From: Hyphomicrobiales bacterium
GTDB lineage: Bacteria > Pseudomonadota > Alphaproteobacteria > Rhizobiales > TMED25
Length of the DNA stretch: 64,000 nt
Assembly (NCBI GenBank): GCA_038131735.1
Contig: JAYPPX010000001.1
Location: forward strand, 45,126 to 109,125
Direction: 5' to 3'
Within the stretch, counting starts at the first letter, position 1; each line of letters starts with the position of its first letter. The notes below the pieces were generated by a model that worked only from the letters and a program-made list of their open reading frames with translations, was not told the DNA's origin and made no database searches. Made by a program: the position numbers and the translations under genes. Positions 9,924 through 19,775 of this stretch are shown here, piece by piece.

Positions 9924-10601
9924 TTACTTGAAAACCCTTTGAATAATTGCCCAAGCATATCTCAAACTCAGAAAACTTGCCAATGACCCAACAACATATG
10001 TAAATGCAGCAGCTGTTAAGACTTTATTGCATTGGGTATGGTAATTCTCCGGTATCTTTTCTCTTAATATTGGAAGGGCTCTTTTGTAGCTCGCATCAAA
10101 TTCAACGTCTAATGTTATAACATGTAAAATTAGACTAATTAGTATACTTGATAGAATAATCAACGCAGATAATTTAATGAGAGGGATCATACCTGTTGCA
10201 ATTATAGGACCTATACCAATATACATTATACCGCCAGCCAATCTTGATATCCAGATGGTACCCTTTAAGATTTTTTGGCGTCTATTTAGTGGAGCATAAC
10301 CTTCATGATCTTGAATGGCATGTCCTATTTCATGTGTGATGATTGATAATGCTGTAATACTCTTTCTATTTAGTCGATAATTCTTAATACGTATTTTCTT
10401 TTTGTCAGGGTCGTAATGGTCGCCAGCACTTGTTGCCTCTATCTCAACATCCTTTATTCCTAAGTCATCAAGGATAGCTCTTCCAAATTCATCTGCCGTA
10501 TAAGGCATTTTATCAAGAACATTATCGTGTTTATTTAAAACGTAATTGAATACAACAATTGGAAGTGTGTATAAAACTAACCCTATGAGAATAAATGTCA
10601 T
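9924..10601 (-). CDS. Membrane zinc metallopeptidase (Zn_peptidase_2/YugP-like)
   Basis: DHYDP, HEIGHAIQ, TLDVEFDAS, VLTAAAFTYV. Confidence 0.88.
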   Translation of the reverse strand: MTFILIGLVLYTLPIVVFNYVLNKHDNVLDKMPYTADEFGRAILDDLGIKDVEIEATSAGDHYDPDKKKIRIKNYRLNRKSITALSIITHEIGHAIQDHEGYAPLNRRQKILKGTIWISRLAGGIMYIGIGPIIATGMIPLIKLSALIILSSILISLILHVITLDVEFDASYKRALPILREKIPENYHTQCNKVLTAAAFTYVVGSLASFLSLRYAWAIIQRVFK

Positions 10602-10616
10602 AGATAATTTATAGGA

Positions 10617-11117
10617 TCAATTTGTGAATGAAGCAACTTTTGTACCATTAACATAAATACCAGAGAGGGTATAATTTATACTACCAGTCCTGCTATAGAT
10701 GATTTGTTTGCCGTTCTCTAGATCATTCTTGAAAAGGAATTGAGCAAACATCATACCATTAGACCAATATTCGACCATCTCCCCATCTTTAATACCGAAT
10801 TGATAGTTTGCAATTCTCTTTAACTGGCCATTTGGGTAATAATAGTAAATAATGCCTTGCATCTTACCTTTTGAGAAGCTTCCTTCTTCCCTTAGTCTTC
10901 CATTATCGTAAAAACGTGAATAAGGACCTTCTAAAATACCATTTTCAATTGTGAACTGCTCTTTCCCAGTTGTAACACCAGTAAATTTTTGAAGGGTGTC
11001 GGCTTTATAGAAAATACCGTCTGTAACGATCAAATTATCATTATGCATGGCATGGGTTTTACCACCATCAAATATGAATACTATAAGTAAAAAAGTTAAT
11101 AATTTAATTGTTTGCAT
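10617..11117 (-). CDS. Exported MORN-variant repeat protein (YwqK-like)
   Basis: Signal peptide plus about 4 repeats of G-x5-Y/W-x-NG-x5-G/A-x-F/Y-x2-G. Confidence 0.8.
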   Translation of the reverse strand: MQTIKLLTFLLIVFIFDGGKTHAMHNDNLIVTDGIFYKADTLQKFTGVTTGKEQFTIENGILEGPYSRFYDNGRLREEGSFSKGKMQGIIYYYYPNGQLKRIANYQFGIKDGEMVEYWSNGMMFAQFLFKNDLENGKQIIYSRTGSINYTLSGIYVNGTKVASFTN

Positions 11118-11158
11118 GATAATGATACGGGTTCATATCACAAATAGGATCAAAATAA

Positions 11159-11776
11159 TTATAATACAAACATGTCGAAAGTTACGAGTATTGCTATAAA
11201 GACCAGAAGATAACCGATAATTGGTTGAAGGGCGTTGTATTTCATTTTAATGAATTTGAATATTTTTTGTGAAGTAACCATTTGAACTAGAAAAATATAC
11301 CATAACGCGTCAACAGTACTCGCGATTAGGATAAGCGAAATATTGAGGGTTAGGTTATTATCATCAGACATAAAGTGGGAATAGATTGCTACAAACCAAA
11401 TAAATATTTTTGGGTTGAGGATGGAAATAGTAAAGCCTTGCCCGAATGATTCAATTTTGCTTCGGACCTCATTTTTTTCAAATATGAGTTTATCCCTTGA
11501 ACGTATTGATTGTATTCCAAGGTATAATAAAAACATAATTGATAATAGCTTGATACCATTGAAGACCATTAAATTTGTTTGAATGATCAGTCCTATTCCT
11601 AAGACAGCACATATAGCATAAATGCCAATACCGAGCCCATGCCCAATGGCGGTCAGTATGCCATGAAGGCGATCCTTAAATACAGCATTATTGACAACCA
11701 CGATCATGCTGGGACCGGGGGACATAGCTCCCAAGAGGCATACAAATACAATTTGAGAAAATAGTAGTAATGTCAT
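11159..11776 (-). CDS. LysE/RhtB family exporter
   Basis: MSPGPS, G...LYLG, QGF..SILNPK. Confidence 0.9.
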   Translation of the reverse strand: MTLLLFSQIVFVCLLGAMSPGPSMIVVVNNAVFKDRLHGILTAIGHGLGIGIYAICAVLGIGLIIQTNLMVFNGIKLLSIMFLLYLGIQSIRSRDKLIFEKNEVRSKIESFGQGFTISILNPKIFIWFVAIYSHFMSDDNNLTLNISLILIASTVDALWYIFLVQMVTSQKIFKFIKMKYNALQPIIGYLLVFIAILVTFDMFVL

Positions 11777-11798
11777 TAGTAAATTTAATTAACGAGTT

Positions 11799-13436
11799 TT
11801 AATGCCTTGACCAGTCAATAAAAGATCCATAACCAGGGTGTTTAAAATCACAAGGCACCTCAATTAAAGTAGGTTTATTAATATTGAGTACTTCCGATAC
11901 TGTCTCTCCTACTTTTGATATATCATCCACCCTTACCCCATGGGCACCAAATGATTTAGCAAGTCCTACAAAATCTGGTGATTGGATATCGACCCCACTT
12001 CTTCGCCCATAAAGATGATCTTGGTGTCTTCTTTCTACACCGTAACCTTGATCGTTAAATACAAATAAAATCACAGGAATATTATGTTCAACAGCTGTCA
12101 TAAGATCTTGGATGGTGAACATAACACCAGCATCACCATGCATTGCAACAACAGGCACATCTGGACATGCGACTTTTGCACCAATTGCAGAAGGTAGAGC
12201 AAACCCTAATGTTCCAAATCCTGAAGGTACAAACCAGGTTCTTGGTAGGTATGTTTTCCAGTAGGAGCGCATCCAAAAAACGATCGTAGTTGGATCGTTA
12301 AAGACAATAGTTTCATGGGGCAATGCTGCTCTTAATTGGTCAAGAACATCAACTTCGACAGGTTTACCTAAGGCAGAGTGAATCTTATCAAGTAGTGCTT
12401 TGATTTCAGGTTTTCTCTCAGCTGTATTAAAAGTAAGTTTCTTTGCATTGATAAGTTTATTAATTCTAGCCAGCGCATCACCCAAATCCCCAACAATACC
12501 CATATGAACAGGATGGTTTCTTCCCAGTTCTGCTGGATCAATATCAATTTGGATGACTTTACCAGGGAATTTGAGAGTCCAGCCACCTGTTGGGAAATAA
12601 GATAAGCGGCTGCCAAGTATTATCACTAGGTCTGTATCATCAATAAATTCCCGAACTGGTTTTTCATTGCTCCAATTTCCAACATGTAGGGGATGATTAA
12701 AAGGAATAGAGCCTTTTCCGGTTTGAGAGGTAATAACAGGAGCATTCAGTTTTTCTACAAATGAGATTAATTCTTTTGATGCATCACCATGCACAACACC
12801 TCCACCAGACCAAATAAGGGGTTTCTTTGACTGGGATAATGCTTCGATAAGTTGATTAAGTTCATCATCGGTTGCTGCTCTTCTGTGGCTTGATGACTTG
12901 TTACCAATATTGATATCACTCGGTATCTTGAAGGCATCACCGCCAATTTCTACAAGAGCTGGTTTTGGTCTTCTGCTTTTTAAAGCTGTCATAGCTGTCC
13001 TGATTGAGTCAGGGATTTCATGCGGCATCGTTGCTTGATAACCGAAGTCAATTACTGGTCTAAAAATTCCATATTGATCCCTCACATCATGGAAATATCC
13101 CCTGCCTTTGGCTCTAACATGAGCGGGGTTATCATTGAGAATATGAAGGATAGCTGATGAGTCATTATGTGCTGTACCCATTGCTGTTAGTGTATTTAGG
13201 GCCCCTGGACCACCACTTGTAAGTGCAACACCAACGTTACCAGATGCACGGTAATATCCATCCGCCATAAAAACAGCGCTCTGTTCATGTCTAACATTGA
13301 TTGCTCTAACGGAGGGGTGATCAAGAAATGCATCATAAACGCTTAATGTATCAACGCCAGGTATTCCAAAAATAGTTGTTAAACCTTCATTGACTAGTGA
13401 CTCAACCAATACATGAGCGCCCGACCTCTTTTTCAT
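11799..13436 (-). CDS. ThDP-dependent enzyme of the acetolactate synthase-like/2-oxoacid decarboxylase family
   Basis: IFGIPG, RHEQ (catalytic Glu), SGGPGALN, GFGTLGFALP and ThDP motif GDAG...ND. No ilvH-type small subunit is adjacent. Confidence 0.85.
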   Translation of the reverse strand: MKKRSGAHVLVESLVNEGLTTIFGIPGVDTLSVYDAFLDHPSVRAINVRHEQSAVFMADGYYRASGNVGVALTSGGPGALNTLTAMGTAHNDSSAILHILNDNPAHVRAKGRGYFHDVRDQYGIFRPVIDFGYQATMPHEIPDSIRTAMTALKSRRPKPALVEIGGDAFKIPSDINIGNKSSSHRRAATDDELNQLIEALSQSKKPLIWSGGGVVHGDASKELISFVEKLNAPVITSQTGKGSIPFNHPLHVGNWSNEKPVREFIDDTDLVIILGSRLSYFPTGGWTLKFPGKVIQIDIDPAELGRNHPVHMGIVGDLGDALARINKLINAKKLTFNTAERKPEIKALLDKIHSALGKPVEVDVLDQLRAALPHETIVFNDPTTIVFWMRSYWKTYLPRTWFVPSGFGTLGFALPSAIGAKVACPDVPVVAMHGDAGVMFTIQDLMTAVEHNIPVILFVFNDQGYGVERRHQDHLYGRRSGVDIQSPDFVGLAKSFGAHGVRVDDISKVGETVSEVLNINKPTLIEVPCDFKHPGYGSFIDWSRH

Positions 13437-13522
13437 TATCAAATCCCTTCCTAAAGATAAAATTTTAAAATATATTATAACAGATTTGTATATTTACTAT
13501 CTATTTTTTGAGAGACAGTGAC

Positions 13523-14620
13523 ATGGTTGAAACATCCCCATTACCGAAAGGAACAAAGAGGCATGATCCCTCTGTTGTAAAAGATTTTCTATCTACAGCC
13601 CTGATCAGAGTTGGCGTTGAGCCAGATGATGCTGATCTTGTATCGGATGTATTAGTTGGGGCTGATTTAAGGGGTGTAAGAAGTCATGGGGCTGCACGAT
13701 TAAGTTATTTTATTGTAAGACTTGAGAAAGGTACACTCAATCTTCATCCAAATTTTGATCTCAAGATGAATTCAAAGACAACCGGGCTTTTGGATGCTGA
13801 TAACGCAATAGGCATTATCGCCGCCAATAGGGCAATGCAAAAAGCAATGGAAGTAGCAGAAGAATACGGGACAGGATTTGTGGGAGTGGCGAATTCTAGT
13901 CATTTTGGTTTTGCAGGGTATTGGTCGGACATTGCCATGAGAAGAGGTTTTATTGGTATCTCTATGTCTAATAGTGGAGGACGCACAACGCCAACTTACG
14001 CAAGGGAGTCAATGCTTGGAACTAACCCCATGTCTGTTGCAATTCCAGGAGGAGAATATACAAACTTTTTGCTAGATATGGCTACCACTACTGTTGCTGT
14101 TGGGAAAATTGAAACTGCCCTTCGTGAAGGTCGTGAGATAACCGATGGATGGGTTTCGCCAACAGGTGATAAACCTGTTTTGGATGATAACGGTGTTTTA
14201 ACATACGGCGCTCCCTTACTTCCATTAGGGGGATCAGGAATGGAAACAGGCGGTCACAAGGGTTATGGTTTGAACCTTATGGTTGAGTTATTATGCGGTG
14301 CAGTAACTGGGACTTCATTCGCTGATCGAATAAGAGGCGCGCGAGGTACTGAACGTCCCGCGATGGGTCATCTTATGGGCGCAATTAGATTAGATGGTTT
14401 TGGAGATCCAAAAGAAATTCAAAAAGAGATGGATGCCACCTATGAAATTATTCGTGGAGCAAAAAAAGAGCCCGACCAAGACAGAGTCTATATTCATGGC
14501 GAACCAGAAGCTATTGCCATAGAAGAGAATACAAAATTAGGAATACCTATCACACCAGCAGTCTATGAGCAACTTGAAAAAATAGCTAATCGCTACGGTA
14601 TAAATTCACTACCCAAATAG
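13523..14620 (+). CDS. Ldh_2 family (type-2 malate/lactate/ureidoglycolate/sulfolactate) dehydrogenase
   Basis: ADLRGVRSHG, SSHFG, GTNP, LLDMATT, GGHKGYGL. ATG at 13523 preferred over TTG at 13508. Confidence 0.88.
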   Translation: MVETSPLPKGTKRHDPSVVKDFLSTALIRVGVEPDDADLVSDVLVGADLRGVRSHGAARLSYFIVRLEKGTLNLHPNFDLKMNSKTTGLLDADNAIGIIAANRAMQKAMEVAEEYGTGFVGVANSSHFGFAGYWSDIAMRRGFIGISMSNSGGRTTPTYARESMLGTNPMSVAIPGGEYTNFLLDMATTTVAVGKIETALREGREITDGWVSPTGDKPVLDDNGVLTYGAPLLPLGGSGMETGGHKGYGLNLMVELLCGAVTGTSFADRIRGARGTERPAMGHLMGAIRLDGFGDPKEIQKEMDATYEIIRGAKKEPDQDRVYIHGEPEAIAIEENTKLGIPITPAVYEQLEKIANRYGINSLPK

Positions 14621-14622
14621 AC

Positions 14623-15243
14623 TTATTCAAGAGGGATCATAACAATCTTCTGATAAGCTTCAGATTTTTTTAAATTGTTATACCATCGATCAACATTTGG
14701 TGTGGCGGGTCTGTTTTCTGTGATGGCATGAAAGCGATGAATAACAGGTCCCAGAGGAAAATCTGCAATAGTCATTTTATCTCCACCAATAAATTCTTTG
14801 CCATTTAGATGTTTATCCAGCATTGCCCAAAGTTCATTTCCACGATCAATATTTCTGTTTATCTCATCCCAGTTTCTATCTTCTGGTTTTGTGCGGATGA
14901 TTCCATGATAAACGGGGCGCATCATTGGGTTGATAGCGAACAACTGCCAATCCATCCATAATTCAAGTTTAGCTCTTTCACCAAGATCATTTGGGGACAT
15001 ATTACCGGCACTATATTTATTAGCAATATAGCGAACGATGGTGTTGGACTCCCATAGAACAACATCTCCATCGATGAATGTTGGAACCAGTCCCATTGGG
15101 TTTAAATCAAGATAATCCTGTTCTTTATTCTTTCCAAATTTTCCTCCAACGTCTTCTCTTTCATATGGAAGATTGAGCTCTTCTAAGATCCAGGTAACTT
15201 TCATAACATTACCCGATGTTGTTCGTCCTTTTATAAGTATCAT
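14623..15243 (-). CDS. Glutathione S-transferase (GstB-like)
   Basis: GRTTSGNVMKV, LNPMGLVPT, LWESNTIVRY, WMDWQ, TIADF. Confidence 0.9.
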   Translation of the reverse strand: MILIKGRTTSGNVMKVTWILEELNLPYEREDVGGKFGKNKEQDYLDLNPMGLVPTFIDGDVVLWESNTIVRYIANKYSAGNMSPNDLGERAKLELWMDWQLFAINPMMRPVYHGIIRTKPEDRNWDEINRNIDRGNELWAMLDKHLNGKEFIGGDKMTIADFPLGPVIHRFHAITENRPATPNVDRWYNNLKKSEAYQKIVMIPLE

Positions 15244-15254
15244 ATTACACACCC

Positions 15255-16349
15255 CTATATTGCGTATTGCGAAATTTTTTCTTCATTGACGTTGATGCCT
15301 AAACCTAATCCTGATTTTAATATAATTTTTCCATCCTGAATAGCCATAGGATTACGAATAATATCATCAGCGAGATATTGAATGCTTACGTTACTGAACC
15401 AATCAAGCTTGCTTGCAACTTTGGAGATATGCCCTATTGTTGCCGCACTTACTGATGAGTCCCCTGCCTTACCACTGATATTGACATGCATAGCGTTATC
15501 ATTCATATAGTTAACGGCATTAAAAAGTGATTTCATCCCACCAAATTTTATTAGTTTAAGACTTGCTCCATTTGCGGCTTTTTTTTCATGGTGCATTTCC
15601 AAATCCGCTTGGGAATGGATCCCCTCATCTGCGCTAAGCGGAGTATGCATAAGGGCGTTGCATTCGCTCATTGTCTCAATATCATAACCGTTAACGGGTT
15701 GTTCCATATAATCCAGACCTACATTATCAACTTGTGAACAAAATTTGAGGGCATCCTCTCTTGAATATCCTGCATTGGCATCGGCAGTGAGTTGAACAGT
15801 ATCACCCAGTGATTTTCGGAGTTGTTCAGCTCGTCGTAAATCATCATCAATATTTTTTGCACCAACCTTAATCTTGAATGCTTGAAAACCCTCATCTCTT
15901 TTTTGCTTTGCCTCATCGATTTCATTTTCAGAGCCAGCAATTCTCCAAATAATAGGTAGTTCACTTCTTAGTTTGGTGCCAATAATGTCACTAAAGCTAA
16001 CTTTTTGTGTCTTTGCCAATAAATCGACTAGGGCAACTTCCATTGCCGATTTTGCGCCATAATTTCCATATATTGCTGTTTGAACATATATTGAAATATC
16101 ATCAAAGCTTTTGATTTCTTTATTAATGATAACTGACCGGATATATTCAAGAGCTTTGATCATTCCTATGGCACTCTCTCCTGTCATAGAGAGCGATGCT
16201 GCAGCTTCACCCCAACCCACCTCATCATTTGTGCTGATTGCTTTAACGATAACGCTATTGCTCTTCTCAATAGTTACCTTAGACATATGAATGGTTTGCT
16301 GAAGAGGAAGTCCAATATTATGGATTTGAATTTCTTTAATCTTGAACAT
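15255..16349 (-). CDS. Enolase superfamily, muconate-lactonizing-enzyme (MLE) subgroup racemase/epimerase-like
   Basis: GWGEA, FKIKVG (KxK), DAN, EQP, ADE, SLKLIKFGG, GLG. Confidence 0.85.
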   Translation of the reverse strand: MFKIKEIQIHNIGLPLQQTIHMSKVTIEKSNSVIVKAISTNDEVGWGEAAASLSMTGESAIGMIKALEYIRSVIINKEIKSFDDISIYVQTAIYGNYGAKSAMEVALVDLLAKTQKVSFSDIIGTKLRSELPIIWRIAGSENEIDEAKQKRDEGFQAFKIKVGAKNIDDDLRRAEQLRKSLGDTVQLTADANAGYSREDALKFCSQVDNVGLDYMEQPVNGYDIETMSECNALMHTPLSADEGIHSQADLEMHHEKKAANGASLKLIKFGGMKSLFNAVNYMNDNAMHVNISGKAGDSSVSAATIGHISKVASKLDWFSNVSIQYLADDIIRNPMAIQDGKIILKSGLGLGINVNEEKISQYAI

Positions 16350-16361
16350 AAAATGTTTGAA

Positions 16362-17591
16362 TTAAAAATTTATCTTTAATTTTCTAATATTTAATAGCAT
16401 CCAGCTAAAGAATATTATTTCTACTATCACTAGCATACCAAATGCATAATTATACGCAACTTTTGGATACGAACCGAGTTCGTTTGGTCCCCAAATATCA
16501 AGAATATAACCAATACTAAACTGGATTAAAAAGACGAGTAAAAATGTTGATACGGCAATTGTAGATATTGAACGTGCAGAATACCCAGGTGGGTATGTTT
16601 TATTCAAAATTGGATGAACAAGAACACCGATGTTCCCAGTTAATCCAAGTAATACCCATTGCCAATAGCCATCTGTGTCTATGTTAAGTGCAAAGGATAT
16701 TTGGATAAGAAATAAAATCATCAATCCCGTTGCTAAGTATTTTGCTCTGTTTATTCCTCTTTTTGATAAATAATCTACCATAGCACCATTACCCAGAGTT
16801 CCAAATGACATCGCAATAGCAACGATGAGAAGGCGAACACCTATTTCTGATTGTGATAAACCAGCCACATCAGCCATCCAGCCATTTGCCCAAAGTCCTT
16901 GAATAGAAAAGAAGCTTGCTAAACCAAGAGCGGAGACAGGCGCCAATGTATAAAAATTTTGGTTTTTGATGATCTGCATATATACATCAAAATTTGATTG
17001 CTTGACTTCAGGCTGTTCCACTTCTTTATCGGGCATCATGAATATCACTAATGCTAGCAAGCCGATACATACAATGAACCCAATAAAGAACATATCCCGC
17101 CAATCATAGTGCGTCATGAATATTTGCAGTGGTTTTGTTGAAAGGATAGCGCCAATTGACCCACTAAATAAAATCATCCCATTCGCAGTAGCCCAAAATT
17201 CACTCGGGAACCAAATGGTAACTGACTTGAGTGCGGTTGTGAGGCATGATCCTATTCCAAAACCGAGCAGAGCTCGTCCAATGACAAGAGTTAAATAACT
17301 ATCAGCATATGAAGTTAATATACATCCAAAAATAGCTAATAAAATTTCACCGATAAATATTTTCTTTGGACCAAATTTATCTAACAAAATTGCAAGAGGA
17401 ATATATTGTATTGCTCCTGAAAAGAAGAAAATGCTTGTTAAAAAGCCAATTTCGGTTGCATTAAGTGAAAACGTTGCTGAAAGTTCAGGAGCTAAAATAG
17501 CGTTTGTATTTCTTAAAAAGAAAGAGAGCAAATATCCAATCCCAAAAGGGAGAATAATCAGAAAAATAAGTTTGAATTTGTTGTAGACCAT
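16362..17591 (-). CDS. MFS transporter
   Basis: LLDKFGPK motif A, GRALLGFG, QGLW...W and 12-TM pattern. Start at 17591 or 17609. Confidence 0.82.
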   Translation of the reverse strand: MVYNKFKLIFLIILPFGIGYLLSFFLRNTNAILAPELSATFSLNATEIGFLTSIFFFSGAIQYIPLAILLDKFGPKKIFIGEILLAIFGCILTSYADSYLTLVIGRALLGFGIGSCLTTALKSVTIWFPSEFWATANGMILFSGSIGAILSTKPLQIFMTHYDWRDMFFIGFIVCIGLLALVIFMMPDKEVEQPEVKQSNFDVYMQIIKNQNFYTLAPVSALGLASFFSIQGLWANGWMADVAGLSQSEIGVRLLIVAIAMSFGTLGNGAMVDYLSKRGINRAKYLATGLMILFLIQISFALNIDTDGYWQWVLLGLTGNIGVLVHPILNKTYPPGYSARSISTIAVSTFLLVFLIQFSIGYILDIWGPNELGSYPKVAYNYAFGMLVIVEIIFFSWMLLNIRKLKINF

Positions 17592-17666
17592 GATTTTATT
17601 ACATGGCATTATTTATTGTGCCTGTCTAGTATTTTGTTTGGTTAAATTTATGAGGAAAAAATATGA

Positions 17667-18698
17667 GTGATAAGAAAAGTTGCTATTGTTGGAACAGGTG
17701 CTAATGGAAGTTGCGCAGCAGCGGATCTTGTAAGCGCAGGATACGATGTTACATTAATCGATCAATGGCCTGAGCATGTTGAAAAAATGAAAGCCGATGG
17801 TCTTAAGATCACCATGCCAAATCGTGTTTTAGAGACAAAAGTTGATGCTTATCATCTCTGTGATGTGGCAACCTTTAAAGACAAGTTCGATATCGTATTT
17901 GTTTTTGTAAAAGCATACGACACTGAATGGGCTTGCGAACTCATTAAACCATATCTTGCTGATAATGGAATATTGGTAGGCGTTCAAAACTGCATGATGG
18001 CTGAGGTTATTTCCGATATTGTTGGTCCAAACAGGACGATTGCCTGTGTAGCTGAATTGTCTTCGGAGTTATTTACTCCTGGTGAAATCAAACGTAATAC
18101 GCCACCTGAAGGAACATGGTTTGGGATTGGAGCGCTCTCACCTGAGATGGAAAGTAGATTAAGTGAAATAGAAGAAGTCATGAAGCATGTTGGTAATGTT
18201 TCTGTAAGCAACAATATTCTCTCTGCAAAATGGATGAAGCTTATTGTGAATGCTATGTCGATGGGTCTTAAAGCTATTGCAGACATGAACTCTGCTGATG
18301 CTTTTAAGGTTGATGGAATGAGGGATGTCATGCTCAAAGCTGGAGAGGAAGCTCTGAAAATAGGTGAAGGATTGGGTTACAAACTGGAGCCAATTATGGG
18401 CTTATCCAAAGAAGATATTGAAGGCTCAAACAGAGTTCAGGAATTATTACTTGATACCATCACAAAGCATGTAGGTCCTGGCGCATTAAATACGGTAATT
18501 CAAGATCATAGGAAAGGAAGATATAGTGAAGTGGATCAAATTAATGGATGGGTCAGTGAAGGTGGAAAAAAACTTGGCATAAATACTCCCATTAATGACA
18601 TGATAGTTGAAGTTACAAGAAGAATCCATAATGGTGAATTGAAGCCCTCAAAGGAATTAATAGAAGCCAGCATTCAATCGATTAGGGATAAATTATAA
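17667..18698 (+). CDS. Ketopantoate reductase (PanE/ApbA) family oxidoreductase, paralog 1
   Basis: GTGANG, VKAYDT, QN, KWMKLIVN (catalytic Lys), SEVDQING (catalytic Glu). Start is ambiguous (see findings). Confidence 0.85.
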   Translation: MIRKVAIVGTGANGSCAAADLVSAGYDVTLIDQWPEHVEKMKADGLKITMPNRVLETKVDAYHLCDVATFKDKFDIVFVFVKAYDTEWACELIKPYLADNGILVGVQNCMMAEVISDIVGPNRTIACVAELSSELFTPGEIKRNTPPEGTWFGIGALSPEMESRLSEIEEVMKHVGNVSVSNNILSAKWMKLIVNAMSMGLKAIADMNSADAFKVDGMRDVMLKAGEEALKIGEGLGYKLEPIMGLSKEDIEGSNRVQELLLDTITKHVGPGALNTVIQDHRKGRYSEVDQINGWVSEGGKKLGINTPINDMIVEVTRRIHNGELKPSKELIEASIQSIRDKL

Positions 18699-19769
18699 AT
18701 GAGTTCAAAAGATATTGGTCTCGCAGTTATAGGCTCAGGTCGTATCGGTTCGTTAAGAGCAATTCTTGCGTCGGGTCATTCTGCCGTAAAATATCTCGGT
18801 GTATCTGATTTAAAAATCGAAAATGCAAAAAAACTTGCTGGCAGATGTAACGCAGACAAATATACCAATGACAACCACGCACTTATTTCTGATCCGAATG
18901 TTAACACAGTAATAGTGTCAACAAGCGAACACGAGCATCTTGATGCTGTCATGCATGCTCTCGAATTAGGCAAACCTGTATTGGTTGAAAAGCCAATTGC
19001 ATTGGCAGTTGAAGATGCTGATAAAATGATTCAAAAAGCAAAAGATACAAAAACTTTATTTAGGGTTGGGTATGCTCAGCGTTTTAAAAGGAGATATTTA
19101 TCAGGTAAAGATCAGCTTATAGAAGGACGTATAGGTAATATTTTATCAATCTCTGCTCGTGCTTGTAATACAAGAGCGCAAGGAATTGAAATTTTGAAAA
19201 GATCAAGCACAGCAACACCAGTTGTAGATGTCCTAACATATTGGGTGGATGTATCTTGCTGGTATCTTGAAGGGATAGAACCTGTTGAGGTGACAGCTAG
19301 GGGGACAGGGACTGTTTTCAGGGAGGCAGGATTTGATGTAAATGATACAACTTGGAGCCTTATCCGGTTTGATAACGGTGCTGTTGTTAATTTGGGTGTT
19401 TTCTTTGCCCTTCCTTCACATGCTCCTCAACTGGGAATGGGTGTCAGATTTGAAGTGTATGGGGATGATGGTGCACTGATTTTAAATGATGATCATACAG
19501 ACGAACTCCTCATAACCAATAATGGAATACCCCACGCATACATACCTGATATGAAATTTAATACTGCTTTTCTATCCAGTTCTACTCCAGGAAATTGGCA
19601 TCTTGGTGATTATTGGGGTCCAGTGGCAGACGAGACGCGAGTATGGCTTGACCATTTATCAATGGGGAGACCTTGTCCCATCGCTACACCGGAAGATGCA
19701 AGAAAAAATCTGATTATAACCCTAGCTATGGAAGAGTCTGCAAAATCAAATAACACGATAAAATTGTGA
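18699..19769 (+). CDS. Gfo/Idh/MocA family NAD(P)-dependent oxidoreductase
   Basis: GSGRIG, GKPVLVEKP, VGYAQRF, D-x3-Y (DVLTY). Confidence 0.88.
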   Translation: MSSKDIGLAVIGSGRIGSLRAILASGHSAVKYLGVSDLKIENAKKLAGRCNADKYTNDNHALISDPNVNTVIVSTSEHEHLDAVMHALELGKPVLVEKPIALAVEDADKMIQKAKDTKTLFRVGYAQRFKRRYLSGKDQLIEGRIGNILSISARACNTRAQGIEILKRSSTATPVVDVLTYWVDVSCWYLEGIEPVEVTARGTGTVFREAGFDVNDTTWSLIRFDNGAVVNLGVFFALPSHAPQLGMGVRFEVYGDDGALILNDDHTDELLITNNGIPHAYIPDMKFNTAFLSSSTPGNWHLGDYWGPVADETRVWLDHLSMGRPCPIATPEDARKNLIITLAMEESAKSNNTIKL

Positions 19770-19775
19770 GCTAAT

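Noticed and set aside
11799-13436. Biosynthetic ilvB/ilvI
   Set aside because: No ilvH or ilvC, and it lacks the usual AHAS motifs (TGQV, DAFQE, GMVRQWQ).
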